Source of the DNA: Promethearchaeota archaeon
GTDB taxonomy: Archaea; Asgardarchaeota; Heimdallarchaeia; Hodarchaeales; Hodarchaeaceae
DNA length: 64,000 nucleotides
Direction: 5' to 3'
NCBI GenBank assembly: GCA_048938105.1
Contig: JBHLMN010000007.1
Span: 160,001-224,000, forward strand
Shown here: positions 41,337 to 52,087 of the stretch, in pieces
Layout: the number at the start of each line of letters is the position of its first letter
How positions within the stretch are numbered: the first letter of the stretch is position 1
Made by a program: the position numbers and the translations under genes
Notes under the pieces: generated by a model
Told to the model about the DNA's origin: nothing
Seen by the model: only the letters and a program-made list of their open reading frames with translations
The model's database searches: none

Positions 41337-44300
41337 TTAACTACGCTTGCGAACCCAGTATATGATAGCAGCGGTAACACCAACAATTACGATACCCGTC
41401 AAGGCAAGAATGATGAATTCGACTGGTAATCCCTTTTGTGGTTGATATTCAAAAGTGAATATTGCATCAGATGTATCACTGGTTTCAAATATCTTATCCG
41501 TAGCATTAACACGTATGAGGTATTGATCACTAGGATTCAAACCATAATGAGAACTCAAAGGATCCCATTCGACTTGTGTGTCTTTAGTGCGGGTAGTAAC
41601 TATCGCCCAGTGTTGACCTGAGTCATTACTAACCTCTACAGAGAAGAAAAGAGTATCTTCGATGTTTGGATCATTTGCCGTCCACGTGATGTTGATTGGA
41701 TCCGCACCCACTGTTTCCCCTCCATTTGGATATGTTACTTCAACATTTGGGGGAAATAAATTAGTGATAGTTACATCTGTCACTGTGTACTGCACAAGAG
41801 GTAGCCAATCAAGTGATGTTCCAGTATATCCTTTGACAACGATATCGAATGCAGCGTTTTGGTCTAGAACATGGCTATCGATTACACTACTCATTCCAGT
41901 TGAGCGTTGTGAGGCTACTAATGATGCCTTAGCAGTAACAATAAATGGAAGCCCACCAGCCCAGTCTCCCCACACATGGTAAGGTGAGGCATCGATACCC
42001 CAGTAATCAACTCCGATTATGTAGTTACCATCTTCTGGAGCTTTTATTGAAATGAGCTCTTCACTACCCTCTTCTGTACTAGTATAAATTTTTCCACTAG
42101 GAGTAATCAATACAAGCTCCAAGTCATGAGGAGGATCTCCTGGAACCCCTGGAGGATCAGGAACCGTTAACTCCATTTTAATTCTCTGGCCAGCTATTAT
42201 CCCTCGCCATGTGTACGTATAATCTAAATCAGAAGGAGTAGGTCTTACAGGCATATCACCTGGTGTAGCATTAGTAGCTGTAAAAAGACCTTCAAGAGTA
42301 ATTGAATCTGTTAACTCGATTCTGATTTCTGTGTCACGGATTGAGATTGTTGAGAAGCCAGATAACGACCAAACATCAAATGTACCACTAAAGTTAGCGT
42401 GAGGTCCACTCCACAAACTTCCACTATAAACGGGTGCATCATCGTTATCAATTGAACGAACCATAGCAGTAGGCGCGTTAGACATAAGTCCGTCTATTGC
42501 ATTATGACTTATGTTTTGATATGGAGATGGAGGATATCCGCCTATTAAAGACGGATCCCAGCTATCATCAATAGTTTGAAGTCCAGACGCGCGGTAACTG
42601 GTCAAAGTGCTGTTACTAACACTAGTTACTGTAATACTAAAGTTCTCATAAGCCGCCATTGATCCATATTCTATGGTATGTAAGGCGATGCCAAGATACC
42701 CGAGGTGCCCACAGGATCCAGTGGAATTATCGTGTTGCCACTCTAAATCATTCATTCCTGTGGTGTTCCAACCCCACCAACCGCTGATATCCCATGTGAA
42801 ATCAGTAAATAGTACATTCTGACAGGACCAAGTTGGTGTACCATCAGTTCGACCTGTCAAATCGAAATTCTCTGATTCAGATTGTGTTGCACTATACGGA
42901 CCAAAGTAATTCATGCTGCCATAACCACTCATAAAAACATAAACATCAATCACAGTTTCGGGATCTGTCCAAGTCACATTTGTCATAACCCAAGTGGTAA
43001 AGTCATCTGATCCATTGTTAAGGAAATAATCGATGTCAACATAGTAGAATCGCCAATCACCACTTATTGGGGTTTGCCCATACCAATTCACCGCACCATA
43101 AGTAACCCCATTATCATAAGGATGACTATCAGTACCACCCCATGTCAAAGACAGATCAGGAGGCGCTTTACCATCAACTCTGACAGATACAGGGGTGAGG
43201 GCAGCAACTACTCCTCCTTTAGTCCATTCAATAAACCCACCATACACCCCTGGAGTTGTTGAGGTTCCGATTGTGATTGTGACATTCCAAGTAGTCAACG
43301 CATTATAAGTAATATCAATTGGGGTTTGTTGCCATGGGATCTTCTGGTAGAGACGGATAGTGACCAATACATCAAGAGACGGCCAAAGCTCATTTTCGGC
43401 CCCCACATCACGGTAATAGATAGTTGGTCCTCTACTTCCTGAACCAGTCTTGTAAAAAGCGTCACCTGGTTTTCCAACATGAAGCTGATGGTTATTGCCG
43501 CTTGTAGTGTCACTTGTAACTCTACGTACCTCCCCAGAAGTCAGGGGAGAGGTGAAATCAATTCTATTATTGTTATTTAGATCATTCCAATCATGTAGAA
43601 AGACATAATTGCTATCATTGGCATTTAAATAAACATTTTCAAAAGCACTCTTTGGATAAGTGAGATATATTACAGCGTAATCACTATTATTCCACTGGTT
43701 CATAAATGACTCATCAAAATTGTCTGCAAGAGGCCAGGTGGTATTCGCTGAAGTTGAATGTAAGATACTAGACGATTCATTCCAGAGGACAAGTTCATAA
43801 GCTACACCTTCATCCGCAGTAGTTAAACTATTGATAACCTCAACAGTCATTTGAGTTGTCTGTGATTCACCTGGGAACAGGCTCCCCGTAAATAAACTGT
43901 CATCACCAACACTTTTTCCAAATTCTGATGGATGGGATTGCCTACGGTTTAATAAATCCTGTTTTGGAGTAAAACCATAATCAGTCCCATTATATAAGCC
44001 CATATAGTAACCCAACCACCCTGAAGAACGATCATCTTTTGTTGCTACCCGATCAAAAGAGGATGTGCTGTATGCAATAAGTAGTGGGTCTATTCCGTCT
44101 GTTGCGTTTTCATATATTGCATTGACAGCTCGCCATGCGTCAACACGTCCTGCACCTTGCCGAAAAGGATCATAACCGAGGTCAATTGCAGTTGATTCCA
44201 TTATAGCTTTTACAATCCCTGGAGTATCTGTATGGGGTAAAACACCACAGTCCAAACCAGCTTGAAACATCAATGCGGCAACTCCAGCCGCTAACGGGCA

Positions 44301-46259
44301 AGCTAGGCTTGTACCACTAAAGATACCAACCGCATTTGACCCATCTCCTTGTCCATAATCCAATGCGTCTACAGTAAATGTCCCTGCGCCTATAGCAACT
44401 ATGTTTGGTTTTGGAACACCAGAGGGCATGGGCCCACCACTTGAAAAACTGACAATCTGATCTGTACCTTGTTCCCAATAGCTGTTATTATCATAAACAT
44501 CTTCAAAGATATGAAAACTAGTACTAGCCCCAACCGTCAATGCTCCAGCACTACTTGGTGAAAATCCAGTCCCATATCCTGGTCCATCGTTTCCAGCAGC
44601 CATGAGAATCAATGTGCTGTTCCAACTGGAGAGGTAATCAATAAACCAACTATTCCAATCATATCCCCACACAAAATCAAACGTCTCGAAACCTATCCAC
44701 CCCCAAGAATTACTTAGAATGTCAGCTTTGTGATTCCCAGTATATGTCCAGTTAAGGAAATTTAGGTTTGGTTCTTGACTAACTATTGGATCCCACCCTG
44801 TTCCCCAGAGCCAACCCCAAGGAACGATGTTGCGGATCGCCATTACTTCAGCTGCAGGAGCTATGCCTGGAAGCTTATACATCGTTCCATTTCCGTACAC
44901 ATCATAATCAATGATTCCTCGACCTGCTGCTGAAGCGGCTGTACTAGTGCCATGACCGTCATAGTCATTTATAAAAGCAAATCCAACCCCAGTATCATTA
45001 ATTCCCCTCACTAATCCTCCAGTCATGATGTCGAAAATATCATATGTATTCGCCAAGCAACCTAAACTGAAATCATTAATACCATCCTTATCAAAATCAG
45101 TAGCTAATACCTCAGTTCCATCTCCCCATCGATGGGGATCATCAAGGTTATTAGTAAAATCCCAATCTGCTATTGGTCCAGCTGATAATTCATTCCATTT
45201 TGCAGTTAAATTCCAGGATGTTTCCCAATCGATATAGAGAGTATCATATACAGAGGAAGTAGTTGTGTCACTAAGGATGAAGAGGAAGAATTGAAGCAAA
45301 TATGGCATACCAGATGCTATAGCTGAAGCTATTCCAACCTTGAAAGTACCAGATAAGCTTGGAACCCCAGTGCTTGCATTTCCAATATAAATATCCTCAG
45401 AATCAAAAATTAAACTCGAATTTAAAAACGATGCTATGTCTCCGACCCAAATCGAGTAGCTATAGTTATTCAGGGGTAAAATTTCTTCAGTCCGAGAAAC
45501 AGATACATTTGTAATAGCTATTCCAACCCCCTCACCATCAAAACTTGTTGGATAGCCCGAAGAATCGACCGCATAGGCTGTACTAAGATCAGTAACGCCA
45601 AAATCGGTTCCTGAGTCAACAATACCGATTGTGATACCTGTACCGTCTATTGGATAACTAAATTCACCTTTTCCTGTAACATTATTGACTCGATCAGCCC
45701 CCATTATTTTTTGTGTAGAGAATTGTTTATCGATTATCTCGGGTTCATTTTTCTTAAATTCTGTTTTTCTATCGGCAATTACAACCCCAACATCAGGTCT
45801 CGAATATACACGTCGCAATGCTTTAGGACTTGTAACATATCCTTGTATGATGTAACCACCGTTGAGTTTAGCTGCTTGGACGACTGTCATGTGCTCACTA
45901 AGGGTATTAAAATCAACTTCAGGTGTAGCCCCCATAAGAAAATAAATTCTATTCTTGTACGATCGAACGTCCTCAGGAATTTCATTAGTATCGAGGTAGG
46001 AACGAAGTAGGGGATCTAGAAATTGATACTGATCATATTGTGGTTTTGAATAGCTACTAGGAGGAGGATTTCCAAAAAAATTACTAGAGAAGATCTCAGA
46101 AGGTGTACTACTAAATGATGGGGTAGAAAAAATCAAAGCTGGCATGTTTGCGCAAATTGTGATAATGAAAATTGTTATGAGGGTCATTGAGACTGATTGT
46201 CTCTTCTTAAGAATTTGGAATTGATGGATCATTTTTCTCGTCTCTTTACAGTAGAGCAT
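41337..46259 (-). CDS. Large membrane-anchored S8 (pyrolysin-like) serine protease
   Basis: Triad IVDSG / GHGTSTA / GTSLACP, AAGNDG, large insert between D and H, PPC-like and Ig-like domains, C-terminal TM + RKRS. Confidence 0.93.
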   Translation of the reverse strand: MLYCKETRKMIHQFQILKKRQSVSMTLITIFIITICANMPALIFSTPSFSSTPSEIFSSNFFGNPPPSSYSKPQYDQYQFLDPLLRSYLDTNEIPEDVRSYKNRIYFLMGATPEVDFNTLSEHMTVVQAAKLNGGYIIQGYVTSPKALRRVYSRPDVGVVIADRKTEFKKNEPEIIDKQFSTQKIMGADRVNNVTGKGEFSYPIDGTGITIGIVDSGTDFGVTDLSTAYAVDSSGYPTSFDGEGVGIAITNVSVSRTEEILPLNNYSYSIWVGDIASFLNSSLIFDSEDIYIGNASTGVPSLSGTFKVGIASAIASGMPYLLQFFLFILSDTTTSSVYDTLYIDWETSWNLTAKWNELSAGPIADWDFTNNLDDPHRWGDGTEVLATDFDKDGINDFSLGCLANTYDIFDIMTGGLVRGINDTGVGFAFINDYDGHGTSTAASAAGRGIIDYDVYGNGTMYKLPGIAPAAEVMAIRNIVPWGWLWGTGWDPIVSQEPNLNFLNWTYTGNHKADILSNSWGWIGFETFDFVWGYDWNSWFIDYLSSWNSTLILMAAGNDGPGYGTGFSPSSAGALTVGASTSFHIFEDVYDNNSYWEQGTDQIVSFSSGGPMPSGVPKPNIVAIGAGTFTVDALDYGQGDGSNAVGIFSGTSLACPLAAGVAALMFQAGLDCGVLPHTDTPGIVKAIMESTAIDLGYDPFRQGAGRVDAWRAVNAIYENATDGIDPLLIAYSTSSFDRVATKDDRSSGWLGYYMGLYNGTDYGFTPKQDLLNRRQSHPSEFGKSVGDDSLFTGSLFPGESQTTQMTVEVINSLTTADEGVAYELVLWNESSSILHSTSANTTWPLADNFDESFMNQWNNSDYAVIYLTYPKSAFENVYLNANDSNYVFLHDWNDLNNNNRIDFTSPLTSGEVRRVTSDTTSGNNHQLHVGKPGDAFYKTGSGSRGPTIYYRDVGAENELWPSLDVLVTIRLYQKIPWQQTPIDITYNALTTWNVTITIGTSTTPGVYGGFIEWTKGGVVAALTPVSVRVDGKAPPDLSLTWGGTDSHPYDNGVTYGAVNWYGQTPISGDWRFYYVDIDYFLNNGSDDFTTWVMTNVTWTDPETVIDVYVFMSGYGSMNYFGPYSATQSESENFDLTGRTDGTPTWSCQNVLFTDFTWDISGWWGWNTTGMNDLEWQHDNSTGSCGHLGYLGIALHTIEYGSMAAYENFSITVTSVSNSTLTSYRASGLQTIDDSWDPSLIGGYPPSPYQNISHNAIDGLMSNAPTAMVRSIDNDDAPVYSGSLWSGPHANFSGTFDVWSLSGFSTISIRDTEIRIELTDSITLEGLFTATNATPGDMPVRPTPSDLDYTYTWRGIIAGQRIKMELTVPDPPGVPGDPPHDLELVLITPSGKIYTSTEEGSEELISIKAPEDGNYIIGVDYWGIDASPYHVWGDWAGGLPFIVTAKASLVASQRSTGMSSVIDSHVLDQNAAFDIVVKGYTGTSLDWLPLVQYTVTDVTITNLFPPNVEVTYPNGGETVGADPINITWTANDPNIEDTLFFSVEVSNDSGQHWAIVTTRTKDTQVEWDPLSSHYGLNPSDQYLIRVNATDKIFETSDTSDAIFTFEYQPQKGLPVEFIILALTGIVIVGVTAAIIYWVRKRS

Positions 46260-46368
46260 ATTATATTCTATCAGAATGATAAAGCTGACAGGGTCTTGGG
46301 TGGATTTCTATATAAGCTATTGCTACTAAACTAAGAAATAAAATGGAATTTCTTAATATTTTCTAGGT

Positions 46369-47205
46369 CTACTGGTTCAGAAAATTAATGATAAGCTGAA
46401 AATATTCATCGTGCTTTGTGAGACTAAGAATATGGCCACCACATTCGAAATTATGAAATTTTGCTCCAGGAAAAACTGATTGTAATGCGGCACTAGTGTC
46501 TTTTCCAACGAATGTATCGTCTTCAGCATTTATAATTAAAACCTGATTACTATGGTGCTCTAGTATAGATGAGTCAATCGAAAAGTGAGTATGAAAATCT
46601 ACTAAACAATCATAATGACAAAGTACGACATCTTTACTGAATGCCTGATATAGAAATTGCTCATAAAAAGGTTTAATTTCTTCAGAAAAATCTATCCCTT
46701 TAAGAAACAACCTTTTTGCGATAGTTCTAACGACTTTGTCAGGTGTAAATTGTATCACCCTCCGAAAACGTTTTAATCTCTTCGGAATCTTACTATCTTT
46801 AACAGCTGTCCCTGTATTACTCAAAATGACCTTAGAGATCTTATCAGGAGATTCTTTTAATAAAAATTGCGCTACAAGTCCTCCAAATGATGCTCCAAAC
46901 ACATTAACATTATTTACTGATTCATTGTCAAGGACAGCTATGATTCCATCTATTAATGATTTCATCCGACAGATTAGAGGATAAGATGGAGAAATAACTG
47001 TATATTTTTCTTCTAATTCCATTAAGAACTGGAACCTCATTCCAGGACGTCGTGGGCCTCCTGGAAGGAGGAGTATAACTTTACCAGCTAATCCTCCAAT
47101 AATATACTTCCATTCTATGCCATTAACCAAAATAGTTTTTTCTGGATGTTTAAGTTTAAAATTTTCATATTGAGCCATTGTAGATAGGTTTTGAGCGTTA
47201 TTCAT
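46369..47205 (-). CDS. Alpha/beta hydrolase
   Basis: LLPGG, GASFGG, EDD, GGH. Confidence 0.88.
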   Translation of the reverse strand: MNNAQNLSTMAQYENFKLKHPEKTILVNGIEWKYIIGGLAGKVILLLPGGPRRPGMRFQFLMELEEKYTVISPSYPLICRMKSLIDGIIAVLDNESVNNVNVFGASFGGLVAQFLLKESPDKISKVILSNTGTAVKDSKIPKRLKRFRRVIQFTPDKVVRTIAKRLFLKGIDFSEEIKPFYEQFLYQAFSKDVVLCHYDCLVDFHTHFSIDSSILEHHSNQVLIINAEDDTFVGKDTSAALQSVFPGAKFHNFECGGHILSLTKHDEYFQLIINFLNQ

Positions 47206-47222
47206 AGCGATTCAGCTTTAGT

Positions 47223-47783
47223 TTAGAAAAACAAAAAGTATCTGGGCACTTTTTTCATATATTCTCTATAATCATCCCCATATTCCTTTAAACAAGCTTC
47301 TTCTTGTGCAAGAATATGAAAATGATTGAATATTCGCGAAAAACCAAAAAAGAAAATGAGAAACCAAGATCCCACTGCAAAGCAAATACCAAAGAACACT
47401 ATTGTAAGCATTGTTTCTTGGGGATTACGTGAAATTTTATAAAACCCTCGGGTTACTGGTTCGTCCAAAGGGGTCATTTTAAAGTTAATGACGGCTATAA
47501 CTTCTCCTACTATTCCTAATATGAATAAGCTTATTCCAATAAGGAATTCGATGGATCCAATAGCCAATGGAGTCAGTATTATAAGAATCTGGACTATTAG
47601 AACGATAAGCTTTGACACTCCAGTTAAGATTTTTTGATTCTTTGTAAAAGTAGAGCGATCTAACAACCGAGAGCGGACTTCTTTAGGCATTATCAACAAA
47701 ATTGTGGGTTGTAAAACCCAAATCCATATCAAAAGCAACCATCCACCAAACAGACTTAGTTGAAGTGCAGGAAAGAATTCCAT
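47223..47783 (-). CDS. ICMT/PEMT-family membrane methyltransferase
   Basis: TRGFYKISRNPQ, EEACLKEYGDDYREYMKKVPRY. Confidence 0.85.
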   Translation of the reverse strand: MEFFPALQLSLFGGWLLLIWIWVLQPTILLIMPKEVRSRLLDRSTFTKNQKILTGVSKLIVLIVQILIILTPLAIGSIEFLIGISLFILGIVGEVIAVINFKMTPLDEPVTRGFYKISRNPQETMLTIVFFGICFAVGSWFLIFFFGFSRIFNHFHILAQEEACLKEYGDDYREYMKKVPRYFLFF

Positions 47784-47927
47784 TTGAAACAGCCATTAAT
47801 TGTTTATATTTACAAAACATTCTCTTCCAATTTAAAAAGTTTTCAGTTGTGAACATTTCAATTTTATGAATAGTTATTTCTATTATGCGAAGAATGTTTT
47901 ATTAATAAGGGTAGACATTATTCGAGA

Positions 47928-49025
47928 ATGCAGTTAGATTCATCATTGATAATTTCGAAACCTAAAAGCATGGAAAAACGGTTGGTGTATGAAATGAAGA
48001 TAGTAACAATTGAGGATGTGAAAAATCTTCTTAGAATGTACATTCCCTCTGCAGCTTTAAGCGCAGCATTAGAGTTACATCTCTTCAAACAACTAAACGA
48101 AAGTCCACAAAGTGTTCAAAGTATATCTAAGACTTTTGATATTCCATTAGATCGTTGTCGATGTTGGCTTGACCTGTTAGTTGGATTAGATCTTCTGGAA
48201 AGGAAAAATGGAATTTATTCTCCGTCTTCTGTGGCGCAGACTACCCTTATTCAAACTTATAGTCATGAAACATGGTCACAATTGGCACAGGAGGGTCGAG
48301 AACGATACCTATTAGGAAATGATTTAATATTGCACATTTCACATCCCAGATCAGTTTGGGAAGCACAAGGAAAAAAACCACCTGATTGGTTTAAACAGAT
48401 CGAGGAGGATACAGAACGCGCAAGGCGATTTACTAGGATGTTGTACGAACTCCATCAACCCCTAGGAAAGACATTAGCTCAAATTCTAGATATGTCTGGA
48501 GTGAAAAGACTCATGGATCTAGGAGGTGGATCGGGGGTGATATCATTAGCACTACTAGAGCAGAATCCTGATTTAACCGCTGTTGTCGTTGACATCCCGA
48601 ATATTTGTATTGTTGGGAGAGAGATTGCAGCTACAACTACAGCGGAGGATCGTATCATTTATCATGCTGCAAACATCCTCCAAGATGAATTACCAACTGG
48701 ATTTGATATGATACTTGATTGTGATGCTGGATTCTATTCAGAAGAGATATTATCCAAGTTATATGGTGTTTTGAATAAAAATGGTCATTTAGTAATTGTT
48801 GATTGGTGGAATAGAGGAATTACAGATTCACAACCAGCAGGGGAATCATCTCTGCAGCATTTGATGCAAAGATTTGAATCGTCATTAGAGGTTTCTAGTT
48901 TCACCTATACTGTTAATACATTAGTAAAGGAGATAAAAAATCGTTTATCTAAAGCAGGATTTAGTAATATCACAGAGCAGACATTAGAAGATAAAACAAT
49001 GATTATTCGGGCTCGAAAAGTCTGA
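47928..49025 (+). CDS. O-methyltransferase (dimerisation + Methyltransf_2)
   Basis: AALELHLF wHTH and LMDLGGGSG. The start may be downstream (about 47970 or 47994). Confidence 0.88.
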   Translation: MQLDSSLIISKPKSMEKRLVYEMKIVTIEDVKNLLRMYIPSAALSAALELHLFKQLNESPQSVQSISKTFDIPLDRCRCWLDLLVGLDLLERKNGIYSPSSVAQTTLIQTYSHETWSQLAQEGRERYLLGNDLILHISHPRSVWEAQGKKPPDWFKQIEEDTERARRFTRMLYELHQPLGKTLAQILDMSGVKRLMDLGGGSGVISLALLEQNPDLTAVVVDIPNICIVGREIAATTTAEDRIIYHAANILQDELPTGFDMILDCDAGFYSEEILSKLYGVLNKNGHLVIVDWWNRGITDSQPAGESSLQHLMQRFESSLEVSSFTYTVNTLVKEIKNRLSKAGFSNITEQTLEDKTMIIRARKV

Positions 49026-49105
49026 ATTGTTATAAAAACCTAAGATACATCAACCACTAATGTGGTATTCACAATCTTTTCTTACAAAGTTTCGGAAATG
49101 TTAAC

Positions 49106-50269
49106 TTAAGTTTCTTTTAGAGTAAATCGGCTGCCAATAAGAAATAATCCAAAGAATAGAAGCATTGCAATTAGATCGATGTTGAAGAGCTCTAAAATAT
49201 ATCCTTCGATAGAAATTTGTCGCAACAGATGAACTCCATACGTCGTAGGTAGTAAATAACAGACCCATCGAATAATCTCTGGGATTTGACTAATTGGAAT
49301 GATTATTCCTGACAATAATAATGCTGGTAAAATCACTATCGGAACAAATTGGATCGCTTGAAATTCGGAACGAGCAAAAGAAGACAAAAAAATTGCTAAA
49401 ACTAACCCTGTCCATCCAAGGATGACCGCACCAATATAAAGTGAGATATAATGTGCGAAAGTAGTTCCAAATGATACATTAAACATGGCTCTTGCCACGA
49501 TTATTATCACAGTCGTTTGAACCATACTAACTACTGAAAAGGTGGCAAGATAGCCAATAATAATCTGACCCTTATCATAAGGACACTGTAGAAGTAATGG
49601 TAATGTTCCCCCTTTTCTTTCCCCTATCAAATTCATCATAACGAGTATGAAAGAGAAGAAAAATACACCGAAGATAATCATTGCAGGAGCAAAAAAATCT
49701 AGCGTTTTCAAATCCTCTCCATAAGCATATTCTACATCCAATTTGAGATTTTCTTGAAATTCACCCGTAGCCTCTTGAAATGCCTCCTGAAACGCCTGAA
49801 TTATTACCCCTCCTTCTTGAGGATTACTATTGTCTAAAAATAGCTTGATTGTAAGATTTTGACCAGACCGCGAAGCCAGATTCTGTGTAAAGTTTTGAGG
49901 AATCCAAATAGCACATCGGTATTGCTTTTCGTTAACTAGTTCCTTAGCATCAGTATACTTAAGAGAACTGAGGGTAATATCCACTTTGACCGAATCGTTT
50001 AGTGAATTTACAATTTTAGCTCCGAGAGAAGATACATTCTGATATGACATCTTTATGTATTCAGGAGGAGGAACTAGTTCTATTCCCACTACTTGAGCAT
50101 CAGTATCCTCATTGATGACAATTATTGGCTCATGTTCGATTTCTCCTCCGAATGCAATACCAAAAACTATTATGTAAATAATTGGGGCGAATAATAACAG
50201 TCCTAATGTTCGTCTATCCCGTAGGAGTTGTTTCCACAATCTTAAAGCTATTAAATAAGCAAATCTCAT
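49106..50269 (-). CDS. ABC-2 permease
   Basis: QLLRDRRTL, ERKGGTL, LLSGIIIP, LPTTY. Confidence 0.92.
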   Translation of the reverse strand: MRFAYLIALRLWKQLLRDRRTLGLLLFAPIIYIIVFGIAFGGEIEHEPIIVINEDTDAQVVGIELVPPPEYIKMSYQNVSSLGAKIVNSLNDSVKVDITLSSLKYTDAKELVNEKQYRCAIWIPQNFTQNLASRSGQNLTIKLFLDNSNPQEGGVIIQAFQEAFQEATGEFQENLKLDVEYAYGEDLKTLDFFAPAMIIFGVFFFSFILVMMNLIGERKGGTLPLLLQCPYDKGQIIIGYLATFSVVSMVQTTVIIIVARAMFNVSFGTTFAHYISLYIGAVILGWTGLVLAIFLSSFARSEFQAIQFVPIVILPALLLSGIIIPISQIPEIIRWVCYLLPTTYGVHLLRQISIEGYILELFNIDLIAMLLFFGLFLIGSRFTLKET

Positions 50270-51018
50270 GCCCTATCCCCCTTGATTAACTCAAAAAACA
50301 TATTCTCCATATTTTGTTGTCCAGTTCGCTTCAATAGGTTTTCTGGTGTGTCAACTGCTAGGAGGGATCCATTTCTCATCACCCCCACTCTGTCAGCCCA
50401 CTCTGCTTCATTTAAGTAATGTGTAGTGACTAATATTGTGGTTCCTTGTTCATGAGCTATTTCTTTGAAATAATGCCAAAATTCTCGGCGCAGTACAGGA
50501 TCAAGACCAACTGTTGGTTCATCAAGAAACGCAATCTCTGGCCTATTTACCATTGCTTGCGCCAGAGCAGTTCTTTGTTGTGTGCCTCCTGATAAATGAA
50601 GACCTAACTTATTTTGATGTTCATTAAGAGAGAGTTTATCAATCATAAGAGAGGTGTTTTTGTCTGCTATTGTACCTGAAAGGCCTTTGGCCTGCGCGAA
50701 GAATTTAATATTCTCTTTAGTAGTCAAAAGATCATAAAGTGCCCTCTGTTGGGGGAGGTATCCCATTATCCGTCTGAGCTTCTTCTTCTCTTGAGGAATA
50801 CGATATCCCTTAACTAAAATGTCTCCTGACCCCTTCTCAGACTTTAAAATTCCTAATAACAAACGAATAGTAGTGGTTTTCCCTGCTGCATTAGGTCCTA
50901 CAAGACAAAAAATTTCTCCTCTATTCACTTGGAGATCCAAGTTATCTACTGCAATAACATCTCCAAATCGCTTGGAAACTTGAGACATTTCAATATCAAA
51001 TGCCATAAAACTCACCAA
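50266..51018 (-). CDS. ABC ATP-binding protein
   Basis: GPNAAGKT, LSGG, LDEPTVGLD, TTH. 4-bp overlap with the permease. Confidence 0.95.
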   Translation of the reverse strand: MVSFMAFDIEMSQVSKRFGDVIAVDNLDLQVNRGEIFCLVGPNAAGKTTTIRLLLGILKSEKGSGDILVKGYRIPQEKKKLRRIMGYLPQQRALYDLLTTKENIKFFAQAKGLSGTIADKNTSLMIDKLSLNEHQNKLGLHLSGGTQQRTALAQAMVNRPEIAFLDEPTVGLDPVLRREFWHYFKEIAHEQGTTILVTTHYLNEAEWADRVGVMRNGSLLAVDTPENLLKRTGQQNMENMFFELIKGDRA

Positions 51019-51085
51019 AACATACTTACAAGCATTAATTTCATTTTTTAGTTCTAATATTTAATTATTAATAATAATTAATCTT

Positions 51086-51145
51086 TGTTACCCCTCAAGG
51101 GGAAACATTTATAAGCTTTTGGTTTTTGATACCCCTCAAGGGGTA
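51086..51145. promoter_or_regulatory. Two copies of palindrome TACCCCTCAAGGGG(T/A)A flanking a TATA box
   Basis: Copies at 51089-51104 and 51130-51145, with TTTATAAG at 51108-51115 between them. GC-rich words in a very AT-rich spacer. Confidence 0.8.
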
Positions 51146-51156
51146 AATTATATACA

Positions 51157-52056
51157 ATGAGTATTGATGAATTATTAATTGAGGATTTTCAAACGCTTGG
51201 GTTATCACAAAACGAAAGTAAAACTCTCTTAGCTCTAGTTCAACTGGGTGGATTGGGCGAAGTATCTAAAATCGAAGAAAGAACAGATATCAGACGTAAT
51301 AAAATCTATCAGGCACTTGGGGGCCTTATTTCTAAGAAATTAGTATTGAAAGGAGAAATTAAGGGGAGTGCTAATACATTTCGTCTTCTTTATAATAATC
51401 CATCTGATCTTATATCATATATGCAAAAAGCACTTATTGATCCAATTGAAAAAGCAGTTGAAAGGTCAACCCAGAATTTAGTAAAAATCACTGAAACTGT
51501 TGAGAAAATACCTCAAGAGATATGGATGATTAAAGGGAATTCTGATATTGAGCGAATTGAAAAAGAAACCATTGATTCTGCAAAAGCTTCGATATTTAGT
51601 AATTTAATCCCAGAATACATTGAGCCTGTTGTTTCTAATCTTCAAAATGCGATAAAAAGAGGAGTAAATGTATATCTAATTATGTTAGAAGAGGAAACTG
51701 AACAACTGAAGGTTCCTTTAAGTACTATTTGCTCAGAACATTTAGGAATAAACGCAAGTAAATTAGGAACTCTTGGAAAAATGATCCCAGTAGACGCAAA
51801 TCCAATGATCAGTCCGATTTTAGATAGTCTCGGTCAATTCTTATCAATCCGACCCAATTTCCTTTTTATTGATTCAGAAACAGAAAATCCATCAGGATTA
51901 TTAATTATTAAGTCCAGAAAAGATACTTCTTATTCAATTGCCTTACAAACTTATAATCAAGATTTTATAAGTTCATTTATGTACTTAATAGAGTTTATTC
52001 AAAACATAGCATTGAATTTGAAGATGTTACAAGATGAATTCATTCCTAATGATTAA
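51157..52056 (+). CDS. TrmB-family transcriptional regulator
   Basis: LGLSQNESKTLLAL...RNKIYQALGGLISKKLV, followed by a WMIKG...IDSAK effector domain. Confidence 0.9.
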   Translation: MSIDELLIEDFQTLGLSQNESKTLLALVQLGGLGEVSKIEERTDIRRNKIYQALGGLISKKLVLKGEIKGSANTFRLLYNNPSDLISYMQKALIDPIEKAVERSTQNLVKITETVEKIPQEIWMIKGNSDIERIEKETIDSAKASIFSNLIPEYIEPVVSNLQNAIKRGVNVYLIMLEEETEQLKVPLSTICSEHLGINASKLGTLGKMIPVDANPMISPILDSLGQFLSIRPNFLFIDSETENPSGLLIIKSRKDTSYSIALQTYNQDFISSFMYLIEFIQNIALNLKMLQDEFIPND

Positions 52057-52087
52057 TTTAGATTGAATACTTGGTTATTACTAAGGA

